Origin: an uncultured Nitrososphaeria archaeon
GTDB lineage: Archaea > Thermoproteota > Nitrososphaeria_A > Caldarchaeales > Wolframiiraptoraceae
Assembly: GCA_964396455.1 (NCBI GenBank)
Contig: CAYNFG010000005.1
Coordinates: 1-42,139 of the forward strand
Reading direction: 5' to 3'
DNA length: 42,139 nt
The notes beneath the pieces are model-generated. The model saw nothing but the letters and a program-made list of their open reading frames with translations, had not been told where the DNA came from and made no database searches. The position numbers and the translations under genes are program-made. Positions 19,094 to 28,384 of the stretch are shown in pieces. Every line of letters begins with the position of its first letter. The first letter of the stretch is position 1.

Positions 19094-19923
19094 TAAGATT
19101 CGAGGAGGTCGAGTTCGTCTATCCGAGCGGCGTAAAAGCCCTCGACGGAATAAATCTCGAGATCAGGGATGGGGAGATCGTCGCCTTAATGGGGGAGAAT
19201 GGAGCGGGCAAGACAACCCTTCTAAAGCATCTAAACGGTCTTCTAAAACCATCTAAGGGGAGAGTCCTAGTCGATGGGCTAGATACCCGTGAGACCACCG
19301 TAGCCCAGCTCGCTAGAAAGGTCGGCTTAGTCTTCCAAAATGCGGAGGACATGTTCTTCTCGAATAGCGTATGGGAGGAGGTCGCATTCGCCCTAAGAAA
19401 CTTCGGCTACGACGAGCACGTCGTTAGGCGGAGGGTCGATTGGGCTTTAAAATTCATGGAACTCGATAGATATGCGGATAACTCCCCATTCCTATTAAGC
19501 GGGGGCGAGAAGAAGAGGCTGGCATTAGCGATAGTCCTCGCCTGGTCTCCGAAGGTGATAGCGCTCGACGAGCCTACGACAGGCCAAGACCAGCTCCAGA
19601 AAGAGAAGCTCATGGAGATGATTAAGCTTCTCAGAGAGCAGGGTAAAACGATAATCATATCGAGCCACGACGTGGAGTTCGTAGCCCAGCTAAAGCCGAG
19701 GATAATCCTAATGAAGAATGGGAGGGTTATAGCCGATGGAAAGGCTGAGGAGATATTCCTCGATGAAGAATTGCTAAGAGCATGCAACCTCCTACCGCCG
19801 CAAATAGTATCCCTAGTAAAGCATCTAGACTTCCTAGGATTAGAGCCGGCGCTAAAGCATCCGAAGGAAGTGGCTGTGGAGATCCTCGAAGCCGTAAAAG
19901 CCCGCAATCCGCATACCATCTAA
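19090..19923 (+). CDS. ecfA: ECF transporter ATPase A'
   Basis: GENGAGKTT, LSGGEKKR, LDEPTTGQD, SHD. Confidence 0.92.
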   Translation: MIRFEEVEFVYPSGVKALDGINLEIRDGEIVALMGENGAGKTTLLKHLNGLLKPSKGRVLVDGLDTRETTVAQLARKVGLVFQNAEDMFFSNSVWEEVAFALRNFGYDEHVVRRRVDWALKFMELDRYADNSPFLLSGGEKKRLALAIVLAWSPKVIALDEPTTGQDQLQKEKLMEMIKLLREQGKTIIISSHDVEFVAQLKPRIILMKNGRVIADGKAEEIFLDEELLRACNLLPPQIVSLVKHLDFLGLEPALKHPKEVAVEILEAVKARNPHTI

Positions 19924-19959
19924 ACTTTTATCCTCCCGGTAAGCCATTTAATCAACCGG

Positions 19960-20739
19960 ATGCCGCCAATCTTCTGCATAATAAGCCTTGGGAGATCTAG
20001 AGGGAAGACGAGGCTAATCGAATGGATGACCAGCCAGCTCTCAAGCCTAGGAATTATGATCGCCACGATAAAGCACTCCAGAGAATCCATAGACCTAAGA
20101 GGTAAAGACACCTATAGACATCTCGAAGCCGGCGCGATTGAGACGTGCTACATCTCGCCAGGGGAGATAGTAACCATAAGGAGGGTTAAAGGATCTATCG
20201 AAGACGCCATAGCCTCGCTCCACGTGAAGCCCGATCTAATACTCGTTGAAGGATTTAAGAACGCTCCATATCCAAAGATCCTATGCGCCAACGCTCTTAA
20301 CGAGGTTAAAGAAGCATTAGAGAAGATCCCGAACATCGTCGGAGTCCTCGGCGAGAACCTCCCAGCAAGCATGCATGAGTTAAAAATAATGGATCGGGAG
20401 GAGATTCTAAGCATCGTTAGAGATGCGGTCATAGAGTATTGGATCAGCCAGATACCCGGATTTAACTGTGGTAAATGCCGCTATGGCTCGTGCAAGCTAC
20501 TGGCAGAAGCGATCAAACGTGGAGAAGCGACCATAAGAGATTGCGTGATGAAAGATCTCCAGGTCGCTAGAATAATGGTGGATGATAGGGAGATCCCGCT
20601 CGGACCCTGGCCTCAGAAGCTTCTCCGCAGCATTTTGAAGGCGTTTATCGGATCTCTTAAGGATGGCGAGGCGGTTCTCGAGAATGCTCGAAGGATATTC
20701 GTTAAGGTTAATCTCGAGGATAGTGGGGGAGAAGGATAA
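19960..20739 (+). CDS. mobB: MobB-like molybdopterin-guanine dinucleotide biosynthesis protein with C-terminal Fe-S domain
   Basis: GKTRLIE, ATIKH, GKDTYRH..AGA, LVEGFK; C-terminal PGFNCGKCRYGSC...C cluster motif. Confidence 0.85.
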   Translation: MPPIFCIISLGRSRGKTRLIEWMTSQLSSLGIMIATIKHSRESIDLRGKDTYRHLEAGAIETCYISPGEIVTIRRVKGSIEDAIASLHVKPDLILVEGFKNAPYPKILCANALNEVKEALEKIPNIVGVLGENLPASMHELKIMDREEILSIVRDAVIEYWISQIPGFNCGKCRYGSCKLLAEAIKRGEATIRDCVMKDLQVARIMVDDREIPLGPWPQKLLRSILKAFIGSLKDGEAVLENARRIFVKVNLEDSGGEG

Positions 20740-20745
20740 CCTAGG

Positions 20746-21531
20746 GTGGAAGCCTTCATGACCGCTATTCTTCAGGGATTGCAATTCCAGCCTGGAACGA
20801 GCATAATCCATAGGCTGGATCCGAGGGTTAAGCTCGTTCTCTCAGTAACGCTTTTGCTCACTTCTCTCCTCTATCTCGAGGTCTCCGTTATAACGGTCGT
20901 GATAGCTGTGGAGGCGGTTCTCTCGGCCATAAGCAATACTCTTAGGAGATGGGCTAAGACCCTCTATGGCGCCATACCCTTAATCATCCTAGTCTTCGCG
21001 ATAAACTATCTCGTGAGAGCCTTCCCCGAGGGAGCATACTACGATCCCGAAATCATCTATACATCTTTCGCTACGGCGTATAGGCTGATAGCATTTCTCG
21101 CATCCTTCTCGATATTCTTCCTAACAACGACTCCCGAGGAGCTGGGGATGACGCTTACAAAGCTAAGAATACCATATACCTACTCCTTCGCATTCATCTC
21201 GGCGATAAGATTCACGCCGATCCTAGCCGAAGAACTCCAGACCATAATGGACGCCCAGAGGTCCAGAGGTCTCGAGCTGGATAGAGGCGGCCCATTCAGC
21301 CGGATTAAAAGATACGTCCCTATCCTGGTTCCCTTGATAGTTAATGTGTTGAGGAGGAGCTATGAGCTTGCGGAGGCGATGGAGGTCAAATGTTTTGGAG
21401 CATCTAGGAAAAGGACTTTCCTAAAGGAGCTTAAGATGAGTTTGAGAGATTACGCTGCTTTAGCGATTATACTGCTCTTCCTAGCCTTGTCGGTCTATGT
21501 TAGATTCTTCATCAGGATCGGCCTGCCGTGA
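20746..21531 (+). CDS. ecfT: ECF transporter transmembrane component T
   Basis: HRLDPRVK, TTTPEEL, AIRFTP, AQRSRG, AEAMEVKCF. Confidence 0.93.
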   Translation: MEAFMTAILQGLQFQPGTSIIHRLDPRVKLVLSVTLLLTSLLYLEVSVITVVIAVEAVLSAISNTLRRWAKTLYGAIPLIILVFAINYLVRAFPEGAYYDPEIIYTSFATAYRLIAFLASFSIFFLTTTPEELGMTLTKLRIPYTYSFAFISAIRFTPILAEELQTIMDAQRSRGLELDRGGPFSRIKRYVPILVPLIVNVLRRSYELAEAMEVKCFGASRKRTFLKELKMSLRDYAALAIILLFLALSVYVRFFIRIGLP

Positions 21532-21543
21532 GGATGCCATTTA

Positions 21544-21556
21544 GAAACCTTTAATA
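21544..21556 (+). promoter_or_regulatory. Putative BRE/TATA promoter
   Basis: GAAACCTTTAATA just upstream of the 21569 ORF. Confidence 0.45.
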
Positions 21557-21568
21557 TCCATGTAATCG

Positions 21569-22072
21569 ATGGACGTGGAGATGATTGAAGAGATTTCTGG
21601 CGTTGTCTTGCTGGTTCTAGGTCTCGCCTTAACCTTTCTCGGGAGGAAGCTCGTTAAGGTTTTGATATTCCTTGTGGGCGGCATTATAGGAGCATTTCTA
21701 ACGTTTATCCTTGCCCCGTCATTCTTGTCTCCACTGTTCACCTATCTGGCGGTTATCGCGGGCTTCGTGGTCTTCGGGTTGCTATCCTATTTCTTGATGC
21801 CTTTCGGATTCGGTTTAATCGCTGGATTGGCGGCATTCCTGCTTTTGAAGGGTTTGGTGAGCCTCGTCCTCGCGGTAATCCTGGCCATAGTAGTCTTGAT
21901 AGTGGTAGTAGTGCTTTTCAATAAGATTCTCTCGGTGGTAACCGCCTTTGTAGGATCCTTGGTCGTTCTCGTCGCCCTAGGCCAGATGGGCGTAATCCTA
22001 CCATATTTCGCCAAGCTCGCAATTCTAGTAATTCTAACGATTCTAGGCTCGATAGTCCAGTTTAAGACCTAG
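21569..22072 (+). CDS. Multi-pass membrane protein (DUF4203/TM7S3-like)
   Basis: Nearly all hydrophobic with 6-7 TM segments; FLGRKLVKVLIFLVGGIIG pattern. Confidence 0.7.
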   Translation: MDVEMIEEISGVVLLVLGLALTFLGRKLVKVLIFLVGGIIGAFLTFILAPSFLSPLFTYLAVIAGFVVFGLLSYFLMPFGFGLIAGLAAFLLLKGLVSLVLAVILAIVVLIVVVVLFNKILSVVTAFVGSLVVLVALGQMGVILPYFAKLAILVILTILGSIVQFKT

Positions 22073-22625
22073 ATTTAGCGAGTCTATAAGCCAGCTCAGC
22101 GGCTTGCGCCGGATCCTCGACGAAGTATACTTTGACTATTCTTCGATGATCCAAGTATCCGTCTTCGCAGAGTTCTACAAGCTTATCGGATGGATAGCCG
22201 GTCCCAGTTATAATTATCAAGGGTTTTCGATAGAGGTAGGCTAAGAACGCCTCGATCATCGTGCCCGCCCCGCCCCCGAGTATCACCATAGCGTCGCAGC
22301 TTCTCGCAATCGGTATACTCCTCATCTGATAGGTTACCCCCGTTAGGATGCTTATCGAGTTATATGGGCTATATCTCGGATGCGATGGATCTATGAACTC
22401 GTCCTCGAGCGGGATTACGCCGATGGTCGTTCCCCCATTCTCGACAAACTCTCTACATGCTATCTTCATTAATCCTCCATCTCCGCCGCTCATCAAGATA
22501 ACCTCATCCCTATATCTCGAGAGCGTTCTAGAGAATACTCTAGCCTTCTCGACAGCCATCGGATTGGGATCGGGATCGCTTGAAGCCCCTATCCCTATAA
22601 TTATCTTCTTCCCTTCTTCATCCAT
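22062..22625 (-). CDS. LOG/SLOG family protein (TIGR00725-type)
   Basis: SGGDGGLM, GGTTIGVIP, RSIPIARSCD, GGGAGTMIEA. Confidence 0.88.
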   Translation of the reverse strand: MDEEGKKIIIGIGASSDPDPNPMAVEKARVFSRTLSRYRDEVILMSGGDGGLMKIACREFVENGGTTIGVIPLEDEFIDPSHPRYSPYNSISILTGVTYQMRSIPIARSCDAMVILGGGAGTMIEAFLAYLYRKPLIIITGTGYPSDKLVELCEDGYLDHRRIVKVYFVEDPAQAAELAYRLAKSRS

Positions 22626-22679
22626 CTAGAATATTGGGGCTATTCGCCGGCAAATAAAAATTGATTGAATGTGTTGGAT

Positions 22680-23084
22680 TTACGGCTTCTCCACTCTTAT
22701 CTCGATCTCCGGCTTAACTCCAGCTTTCTCGAAGAGCGCTCCTACTGGGCAAATCTCCATAGTCAGTCTGAGGACGTTCTTTACCTCCTCCTCGCCCGCG
22801 TCGGTCTTTATGGTTAGAACTCCCTTGCATTTCTCGATGGTCTTCTCCCCTTTCTCAGCCTCAAGATCCACTCTTAATCCCGAGTATTTCAGTTTCCTCT
22901 TCTCAGCTACTATCGCGAAGATCGTAGTGATGCAGCCGGCTAGGCTCATTAAGGTGAGTTCGAGGGCGGTCGGCCCCATATCGTCCCCGTTATTCTCGGG
23001 CGGTAGATCGACGACCACGCTGTGCTTTCTTCCATTATCTAGAACGCTTCTATATTTTGAGATCCAGATAGATGTCGCCTTCAT
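22680..23084 (-). CDS. OsmC/Ohr family protein
   Basis: D.P...GDDMGPTALEL..SLAGC and ICPVG, the two catalytic-type Cys. Confidence 0.9.
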   Translation of the reverse strand: MKATSIWISKYRSVLDNGRKHSVVVDLPPENNGDDMGPTALELTLMSLAGCITTIFAIVAEKRKLKYSGLRVDLEAEKGEKTIEKCKGVLTIKTDAGEEEVKNVLRLTMEICPVGALFEKAGVKPEIEIRVEKP

Positions 23085-23140
23085 ATCCCATCAGCTCACG
23101 CTATCCTTATTTTTCGCATTTGATAACCTTTTTGATTTGG

Positions 23141-23329
23141 ATGAAGGTTCGCGAGAAGATCCGCAGGTTAATTAGATATGGGTTAGGCGACCTCGATGAC
23201 GCTATCAGAAGTTTGGTCGAAAGATTCTCTCGTGGAGAGCTAGAACTAGATGCTTACCTCGAGCTTAGGGCTAGGCTTGAGCGCGAGAAGGAGAAGAGGG
23301 TTTTGGAGAATCTTAGGCGGATGCGCTAG
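23141..23329 (+). CDS. Small SHOCT-like helical protein (62 aa)
   Basis: ATG 23141; LVERFSRGELELDAYLELRARL resembles the SHOCT pattern. Confidence 0.6.
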   Translation: MKVREKIRRLIRYGLGDLDDAIRSLVERFSRGELELDAYLELRARLEREKEKRVLENLRRMR

Positions 23330-23333
23330 CCTC

Positions 23334-24575
23334 CTACTCTCCGAAGAGCGGCACTCTTCCAAGATAATTCATGAGAATTCTCATTAAGTCTATTCCGCGT
23401 ATTCTGCATAGGCATCCTCTCGCGCATGAGATCTCGTCGAATTTATCCACCTCGTCCCTCCGCACGTCCGGCCCTATTATCGCTAGCGGCACGGGATCTC
23501 CCTTATGCTCTCCTACCTCGCTAGGCGTTGTATGATCTCCTGTTATGGCTAGATAGTATCCTTTCTCGAAGACTTTATCGACGAGGGGTGTTAGTTCTCG
23601 GGAGATCCACTCGATCACCTCGACCTTCTTCCTCGGATTCTTATCATGGCTTACGGAGTCTGTTGCCTTGATATGGAGGAAGACGAGATCGTATTTATCT
23701 AAGGCGTCTAACGCGGCCTCCACCTTCCCTCTTAGATTCGTATTCACGGTCCCGGTTGCTCCGGGGACTTCTATCAGCTCGAATCCTACGGCTCTCGCAA
23801 CGCCCTTATACAATCCTCCGCCGGCTATCGCCGCGGCCTTCACCCCCCAAATCCTCGTTATAGGCTCGATTCTGGGCAGGGTTCCAGCTCCTCTAGGCAG
23901 GAGGACGTTCGCAGGCTTAAGCCCCTTCTCAGCTCGCCGGCGATTAACCGGATGATCTTCGAGAATCTTCCTCGCTTTCTCTAGAAACTCTTGAAGAGCT
24001 TTCGCGGTTCTCTCGGCTTCAGGCGTATCGTCTAAGGGCTTTGGATCGGGAATCTTTACTCCAACCTTATGGAGATCGACGTCTGAGACCCGCCTGGATA
24101 GCCCCTCGCCCCTGAGAACCAGAACGCCTCTATGCTCTGATGAGTGATGGAAGATGGCCTGCACGCCGCTTACGCTCTCGATCCTTATCTCCTTCAGGGC
24201 TTCGGCGAGTTCGCGAGCCTCCTCGCTACTTATCCTCCCAGCCCTCCTATCGAGGACAACCCCATCCCGGCTGGCGGTCGCAAAATTGCATCTAAATGCG
24301 ACGTCTCCAGGCTTAAGCTCTATCCCGACGCCTAGAGCCTCGAATGCTCCGCGGCCCGGATAGCACTCGTATGGATCATAGCCGAAGAGGGCGAGGTGGG
24401 CTGTATCGCTTCCAGGCGGCTGGCCAGGCGCGATGACATCCATTATCCCGCATTCTCCGGCCGCCGCAATTCTATCAAGGGTCTCGGCTTTAGCTGCTTG
24501 CAGAGGTGTTAGCCCGTTCAGAGTCTTCGTAGGTCTATCCCCCAACCCATCGCAAACAATCAGGATAGCCTTCAT
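23334..24575 (-). CDS. apgM: 2,3-bisphosphoglycerate-independent phosphoglycerate mutase, archaeal type
   Basis: [47 protein letters not shown]. Confidence 0.95.
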   Translation of the reverse strand: MKAILIVCDGLGDRPTKTLNGLTPLQAAKAETLDRIAAAGECGIMDVIAPGQPPGSDTAHLALFGYDPYECYPGRGAFEALGVGIELKPGDVAFRCNFATASRDGVVLDRRAGRISSEEARELAEALKEIRIESVSGVQAIFHHSSEHRGVLVLRGEGLSRRVSDVDLHKVGVKIPDPKPLDDTPEAERTAKALQEFLEKARKILEDHPVNRRRAEKGLKPANVLLPRGAGTLPRIEPITRIWGVKAAAIAGGGLYKGVARAVGFELIEVPGATGTVNTNLRGKVEAALDALDKYDLVFLHIKATDSVSHDKNPRKKVEVIEWISRELTPLVDKVFEKGYYLAITGDHTTPSEVGEHKGDPVPLAIIGPDVRRDEVDKFDEISCARGCLCRIRGIDLMRILMNYLGRVPLFGE

Positions 24576-24586
24576 TCTAGTTCGAT

Positions 24587-24611
24587 GAGGTTTAAGCAGG
24601 CTTTAAACCTC
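24587..24611. repeat. Inverted repeat in divergent promoter region
   Basis: GAGGTTTAA-gcaggct-TTAAACCTC: perfect 9-bp arms with a 7-nt spacer, each arm containing a TATA-like TTTAA. Confidence 0.7.
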
Positions 24612-24655
24612 CCTCAGACGCTAGAGATATCAGATAGCCCATTCTATCAAATTCC

Positions 24656-24835
24656 ATGAACCCAAGATGCCCGAAATGCGGGGAGGAGATGAGCTGCTTC
24701 GATAAAAGCCTCTCAGCGAGCATAGGACCATTTACAGTGAAGAAGTTCCTACCATCAGAGCTTCAAGAGTATAATTCTGTAGAGATTAGGGTTTGCAAAA
24801 ATTGCGGATATATGGAGATCTACTGGAAGAAGTGA
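24656..24835 (+). CDS. Small CPxCG zinc-ribbon protein (59 aa; not in ORF track)
   Basis: Manual translation: MNPRCPKCGEEMSCFDKSLSASIGPFTVKKFLPSELQEYNSVEIRVCKNCGYMEIYWKK*. Confidence 0.85.
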   Translation: MNPRCPKCGEEMSCFDKSLSASIGPFTVKKFLPSELQEYNSVEIRVCKNCGYMEIYWKK

Positions 24836-24842
24836 AAGCCGG

Positions 24843-25484
24843 CTACGAATACTCTACCACAACCTTCTCAACCTTCTTTAAGGCGCTCTCGACAAGCTCC
24901 CCGATTGGAAGATCCTTCTCAATTCTCTTTATATCCTCGAGTCTTGCCGCGGTTATCTGCCTCTTCGGGACGAAGAGGGTGCAGCAGTCTTCCTGAGGCT
25001 TTATCGAGATCTCGTAGGTTCCTATCCTCTTCGCTATATCTACGATCTCCTCCTTATCCAATCCTATAAGCGGTCTTAGGATCGGGATGCGTATAGCTTC
25101 CTCGATCACCTTCAGATTTTGAAGGGTTTGGGATGAGACTTGGCCTAAGCTCTCGCCGGTTATGATCGCTGATGCCTTCTCCCGCTCAGCTATCTTCTCA
25201 GCTATCCTAAGCATGAACCGCCGGTAGAGTATTATCAGATATCTCGGATCAACCCTAGTCCTGAGATACGTCTGGATCTCTCCTAATGGTATTAGGTAGA
25301 GGATGCTTGGAGACCGATATTTTGAGAGAAGCTTTACAAGCTGCATAACCTTATAGATGCTAGTTCTCGAGACTATTGGAAAGCTATGGAAGTGGACGTA
25401 AACGAGCTCTACGCCCTTCCTAAGCATGAGGTATGAGGAGACCGGCGAGTCTATCCCGCCCGAGATCAGCGATAAAGCCTTCAT
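24843..25484 (-). CDS. thiI: ThiI-type PP-loop sulfurtransferase, catalytic domain only (no NFLD/THUMP)
   Basis: SGGIDSPV, RRFMLRIA, TGESLGQVSSQT, RPLIGLDK, EDCCTLFVP; SD GAGGGGGT before the ATG. Confidence 0.88.
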   Translation of the reverse strand: MKALSLISGGIDSPVSSYLMLRKGVELVYVHFHSFPIVSRTSIYKVMQLVKLLSKYRSPSILYLIPLGEIQTYLRTRVDPRYLIILYRRFMLRIAEKIAEREKASAIITGESLGQVSSQTLQNLKVIEEAIRIPILRPLIGLDKEEIVDIAKRIGTYEISIKPQEDCCTLFVPKRQITAARLEDIKRIEKDLPIGELVESALKKVEKVVVEYS

Positions 25485-25561
25485 ACCCCCTCATAAGACT
25501 TCTAGTTACGTGAATTTAAGATGACGGTCATGCTATACGAAAAATATGGGGTATATTTCGA

Positions 25562-26344
25562 TTATCTCCGGATGAGGTATGTCAGGGGATGTTTTGGATC
25601 CGGCTCTCTCATGAGCATCTGGATTATCGGAGGAGGATATTTTAAGCCGACGCTTTTCAGCCTCGCCAACGTTTTACTCATGTCGCCTGGGGTCATAGCG
25701 AGCCATAGCTCGTCATCCTGAGCCTCCGCTATGGCTCTCGCACCTCCACATGGTATAGTTAGCCAAGGCTTTCCGCTCTTAAGAGAGGCTGCAACGATCT
25801 CGCAAGCTGCATGACCGTTAAAATCCGATTCCGGTTTAATCCCGGTCGCATCAAAATATCCCACCAATAGGAGATACGCTTGAGCAGAGTTTATCGTCAG
25901 GAATATTAGGTCGGGATCAAACTTCTTTAGGTGAAAGATTTTAAGCGGAGCTATGAAAGCCGCCTTATACTTATTCATCGGAAGAGAGTGGACCCCCTCT
26001 ACTAGGCTCTTGAATTTCTCACGAGTATAGGAGAACCCCTCAATCCATCTCCTCTCTAGGTCGGCTGGGGGCTCTAGGAAGCCGAGAACGTAGCTGCCGA
26101 CGACGCACGCGTCAACATCCTTACCTTTTATGCCTATGCTCTTCTCATAGATGGATACCAGTTTGAGAACTTGACAGAGGGCGAGCATCCTTTCAGGAGG
26201 GCTCGCTTTTAGCCTCTCAAATTCCTCCTCGCTTTCAAATAGCTTTATCCCGACCGGCGTTCCCTTCGGCTTTATCAGCTTATCAATTTCATCATGCATC
26301 TTATCATATTCAAAGCTCATTTTTCGCTCCAAGATGGGCTGCAT
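25562..26344 (-). CDS. DUF169 family protein
   Basis: PVGIK, LCQ, AC..G...LG, PDLI, AACE, PCGGAR......DEL motifs. Confidence 0.82.
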   Translation of the reverse strand: MQPILERKMSFEYDKMHDEIDKLIKPKGTPVGIKLFESEEEFERLKASPPERMLALCQVLKLVSIYEKSIGIKGKDVDACVVGSYVLGFLEPPADLERRWIEGFSYTREKFKSLVEGVHSLPMNKYKAAFIAPLKIFHLKKFDPDLIFLTINSAQAYLLLVGYFDATGIKPESDFNGHAACEIVAASLKSGKPWLTIPCGGARAIAEAQDDELWLAMTPGDMSKTLARLKSVGLKYPPPIIQMLMREPDPKHPLTYLIRR

Positions 26345-26413
26345 GTTATTTAAAGTGCCCGTCTAAGCCGTCCTACAATAATACTACCTTTCCCTTTCTA
26401 AAGTTGGAAATTC

Positions 26414-26432
26414 CGCTAGTTTCCAGCTAGCG
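26414..26432 (-). terminator. Possible hairpin between iscS and DUF169
   Basis: CGCTAG-7 nt-CTAGCG 6-bp stem just after the iscS stop codon. Confidence 0.25.
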
Positions 26433-26442
26433 ATCCTCCAGC

Positions 26443-27591
26443 TCACCTAGCATATTTTTCGGCTATTTCGTGTAAGGCTTCAGTCACGTATTCGATCTCG
26501 CTTTCCTCAGTCCATCTCCCGATGCTAAGCCTTAGGCTATTCTTCGCTCTCCGCCGATCTAGCCCTATCGCTAGAAGCACGTGGCTCGGCTCAAGCTTTC
26601 CGCTAGAGCACGCCGACCCCGTCGAGGCGGCTATCCCCCGCTCATTAAGCTCTAAGATCAAAGCCTCTCCCTCGATGAACTCCAGCCAGAAGCTCGCTAT
26701 CGTTGGAAGCCTCTTCTCCGGATGCCCCGTTAGATGCACTCCATCCAGCTCCATGATTCCCTCGATAAGCCTCCTGCATAGCCTCCTAAGCCTCTCAACT
26801 TCCTCATTCATGGAGTCTCTGGCGATCTCGCATGCCTTCGCGAACCCGACGGCTCCGGGGACGTTTACCGTGCTTGATCTAAGCCCGTATTCATGGCCTC
26901 CGCCATGTAGAAGGGGCTCGAGCTTAACCCCCTCCCTGACGTATAGCGCTCCAACCCCTTTAGGCCCATAGATTTTATGGGAGCTTATGGTTAGCAGGTC
27001 TATGCTCATCTTCTCGACGTCTATCGGCAGTTTCCCGAGGCTTTGGGCGGCGTCGACGTGGAAGTAGACGTCGCGGCTTCTACAGATCTCCCCTATCTCT
27101 CTTACCGGCTCTATCGTCCCTATCTCGTTATTTGCATGCATTATCGAGACTAGGATCGTATCCTTTCTAATCGCCTTCTCGACCTCGGCTGGATCCACCA
27201 GCCCATATCTATCGACTGGGAGATAGGTTATCTCGAATCCGTTCCTCTCAAGCCATCTGCATGGCTCGAGGACGCTTAAATGCTCTATTCTAGATGTGAT
27301 TATATGCCTGCCCTTATCCCTGTTCGCGAAGGCAGCTCCCTTTATCGCCAGGTTATTGCTTTCAGTCGCGCTGCTCGTGAAGATCAGCTCCATCGGATTA
27401 GCCCTGATGAATGATGCTATGGTCTCCCGAGCCTTTTCGAGAGCTTCCCTCGCCTCCATACCCCAGGCATGGGGGCTCATGGTATTCCCGAAGACCTCTC
27501 TCATATAGGGGAGCATTGCCTCGATTACCCTAGGATCGATGGGCGTGGTAGATGCATAGTCCATGTAGATCCTCTGCCTCATCCTAATCAT
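26443..27591 (-). CDS. iscS: Cysteine desulfurase, class I (IscS/NifS)
   Basis: YMDYASTTP, ATESNN, HANNEIG, DAAQ, SSHKIYGPKG (PLP Lys), STGSACSS (catalytic Cys). Confidence 0.95.
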   Translation of the reverse strand: MIRMRQRIYMDYASTTPIDPRVIEAMLPYMREVFGNTMSPHAWGMEAREALEKARETIASFIRANPMELIFTSSATESNNLAIKGAAFANRDKGRHIITSRIEHLSVLEPCRWLERNGFEITYLPVDRYGLVDPAEVEKAIRKDTILVSIMHANNEIGTIEPVREIGEICRSRDVYFHVDAAQSLGKLPIDVEKMSIDLLTISSHKIYGPKGVGALYVREGVKLEPLLHGGGHEYGLRSSTVNVPGAVGFAKACEIARDSMNEEVERLRRLCRRLIEGIMELDGVHLTGHPEKRLPTIASFWLEFIEGEALILELNERGIAASTGSACSSGKLEPSHVLLAIGLDRRRAKNSLRLSIGRWTEESEIEYVTEALHEIAEKYAR

Positions 27592-27669
27592 AGCCGCTTG
27601 ATAATCAGGGCTGTGAGAAGATATAGATTGCCTTGAAAAAGGTTGGGGAAAGGTTGGAGGGTTATCCCG

Positions 27670-28362
27670 CTACTCCTTCTTAGATTCCAGCTCCTTAGCG
27701 GTCTCCCTCGCCTTCTCAGCCCAGGCCTCAACCTTCTTCGAGATGAAGTCTCTTAGTCCGAATCCTATTGCGATCCCTCCTCCGATGGCTATCGCGCCTG
27801 CGAGACCCCATGATAGGGCTGTGACGATCGTGTAGAGTATGCTTACGTCGATCCTCATGGTTGATAAGCCTATGATTATCACGACGAGGTATAGTATGCC
27901 TCTCACAAGTAGCGACGCGGCTCCAGCGTATTCTATCCTAGCTTCTCTCCCAACAGCTCTTATCGCGTCTCCTACGAAGTCTGCGGCCATCAATCCGAAT
28001 ATCAGGATGAACACTCCGGCTATGAAGCTGGGTAGATACTCAACGACCATCTGCATATAGCGTGTCAGGAACTCGATCTCCAGAACGTTTACGGCTGCGA
28101 AGACCGCGATCAGATAGATGAACGCCCGGATTAGTATATCGAAGAATCTTGGAATTGAGACTCCAGACTTTTCTATCGCTCTTCCTATAGATGTCTTTCT
28201 TAGGGCGTCGTCTACCCCGGCCTTATCAAGAATTTTGCTTATAGCTGCTCCAAGCGCTCTTCCGACCGCCCAGCCTATTATCAGGATCACTATTGCGGTG
28301 ATTATCTTCGGGATTGCATTAATAAACCAGGCAGCGAGGCTTGAGAAGAACTCGTATGGCAT
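27670..28362 (-). CDS. Membrane protein with repeated TM-helix units (MscS-TM/CmpX-like)
   Basis: Two repeats (IPKIITAIVILIIGW / LPSFIAGVFILIFG) and terminal AIGFGLRD; ATG 28362 lies about 25 nt after the TATA-like TTATATAAAA. Confidence 0.8.
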   Translation of the reverse strand: MPYEFFSSLAAWFINAIPKIITAIVILIIGWAVGRALGAAISKILDKAGVDDALRKTSIGRAIEKSGVSIPRFFDILIRAFIYLIAVFAAVNVLEIEFLTRYMQMVVEYLPSFIAGVFILIFGLMAADFVGDAIRAVGREARIEYAGAASLLVRGILYLVVIIIGLSTMRIDVSILYTIVTALSWGLAGAIAIGGGIAIGFGLRDFISKKVEAWAEKARETAKELESKKE

Positions 28363-28384
28363 CGGGTGGTTATTCGCGGTAACC

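Noticed and set aside
24793-24996. 67-aa plus-strand ORF in the track
   Set aside because: It overlaps thiI antisense and the better-supported zinc-ribbon ORF in another frame.
25485-25561. Possible frameshifted THUMP remnant upstream of thiI (pseudogene hypothesis)
   Set aside because: Only 77 nt, with no THUMP-like translation seen; thiI has its own SD and ATG.
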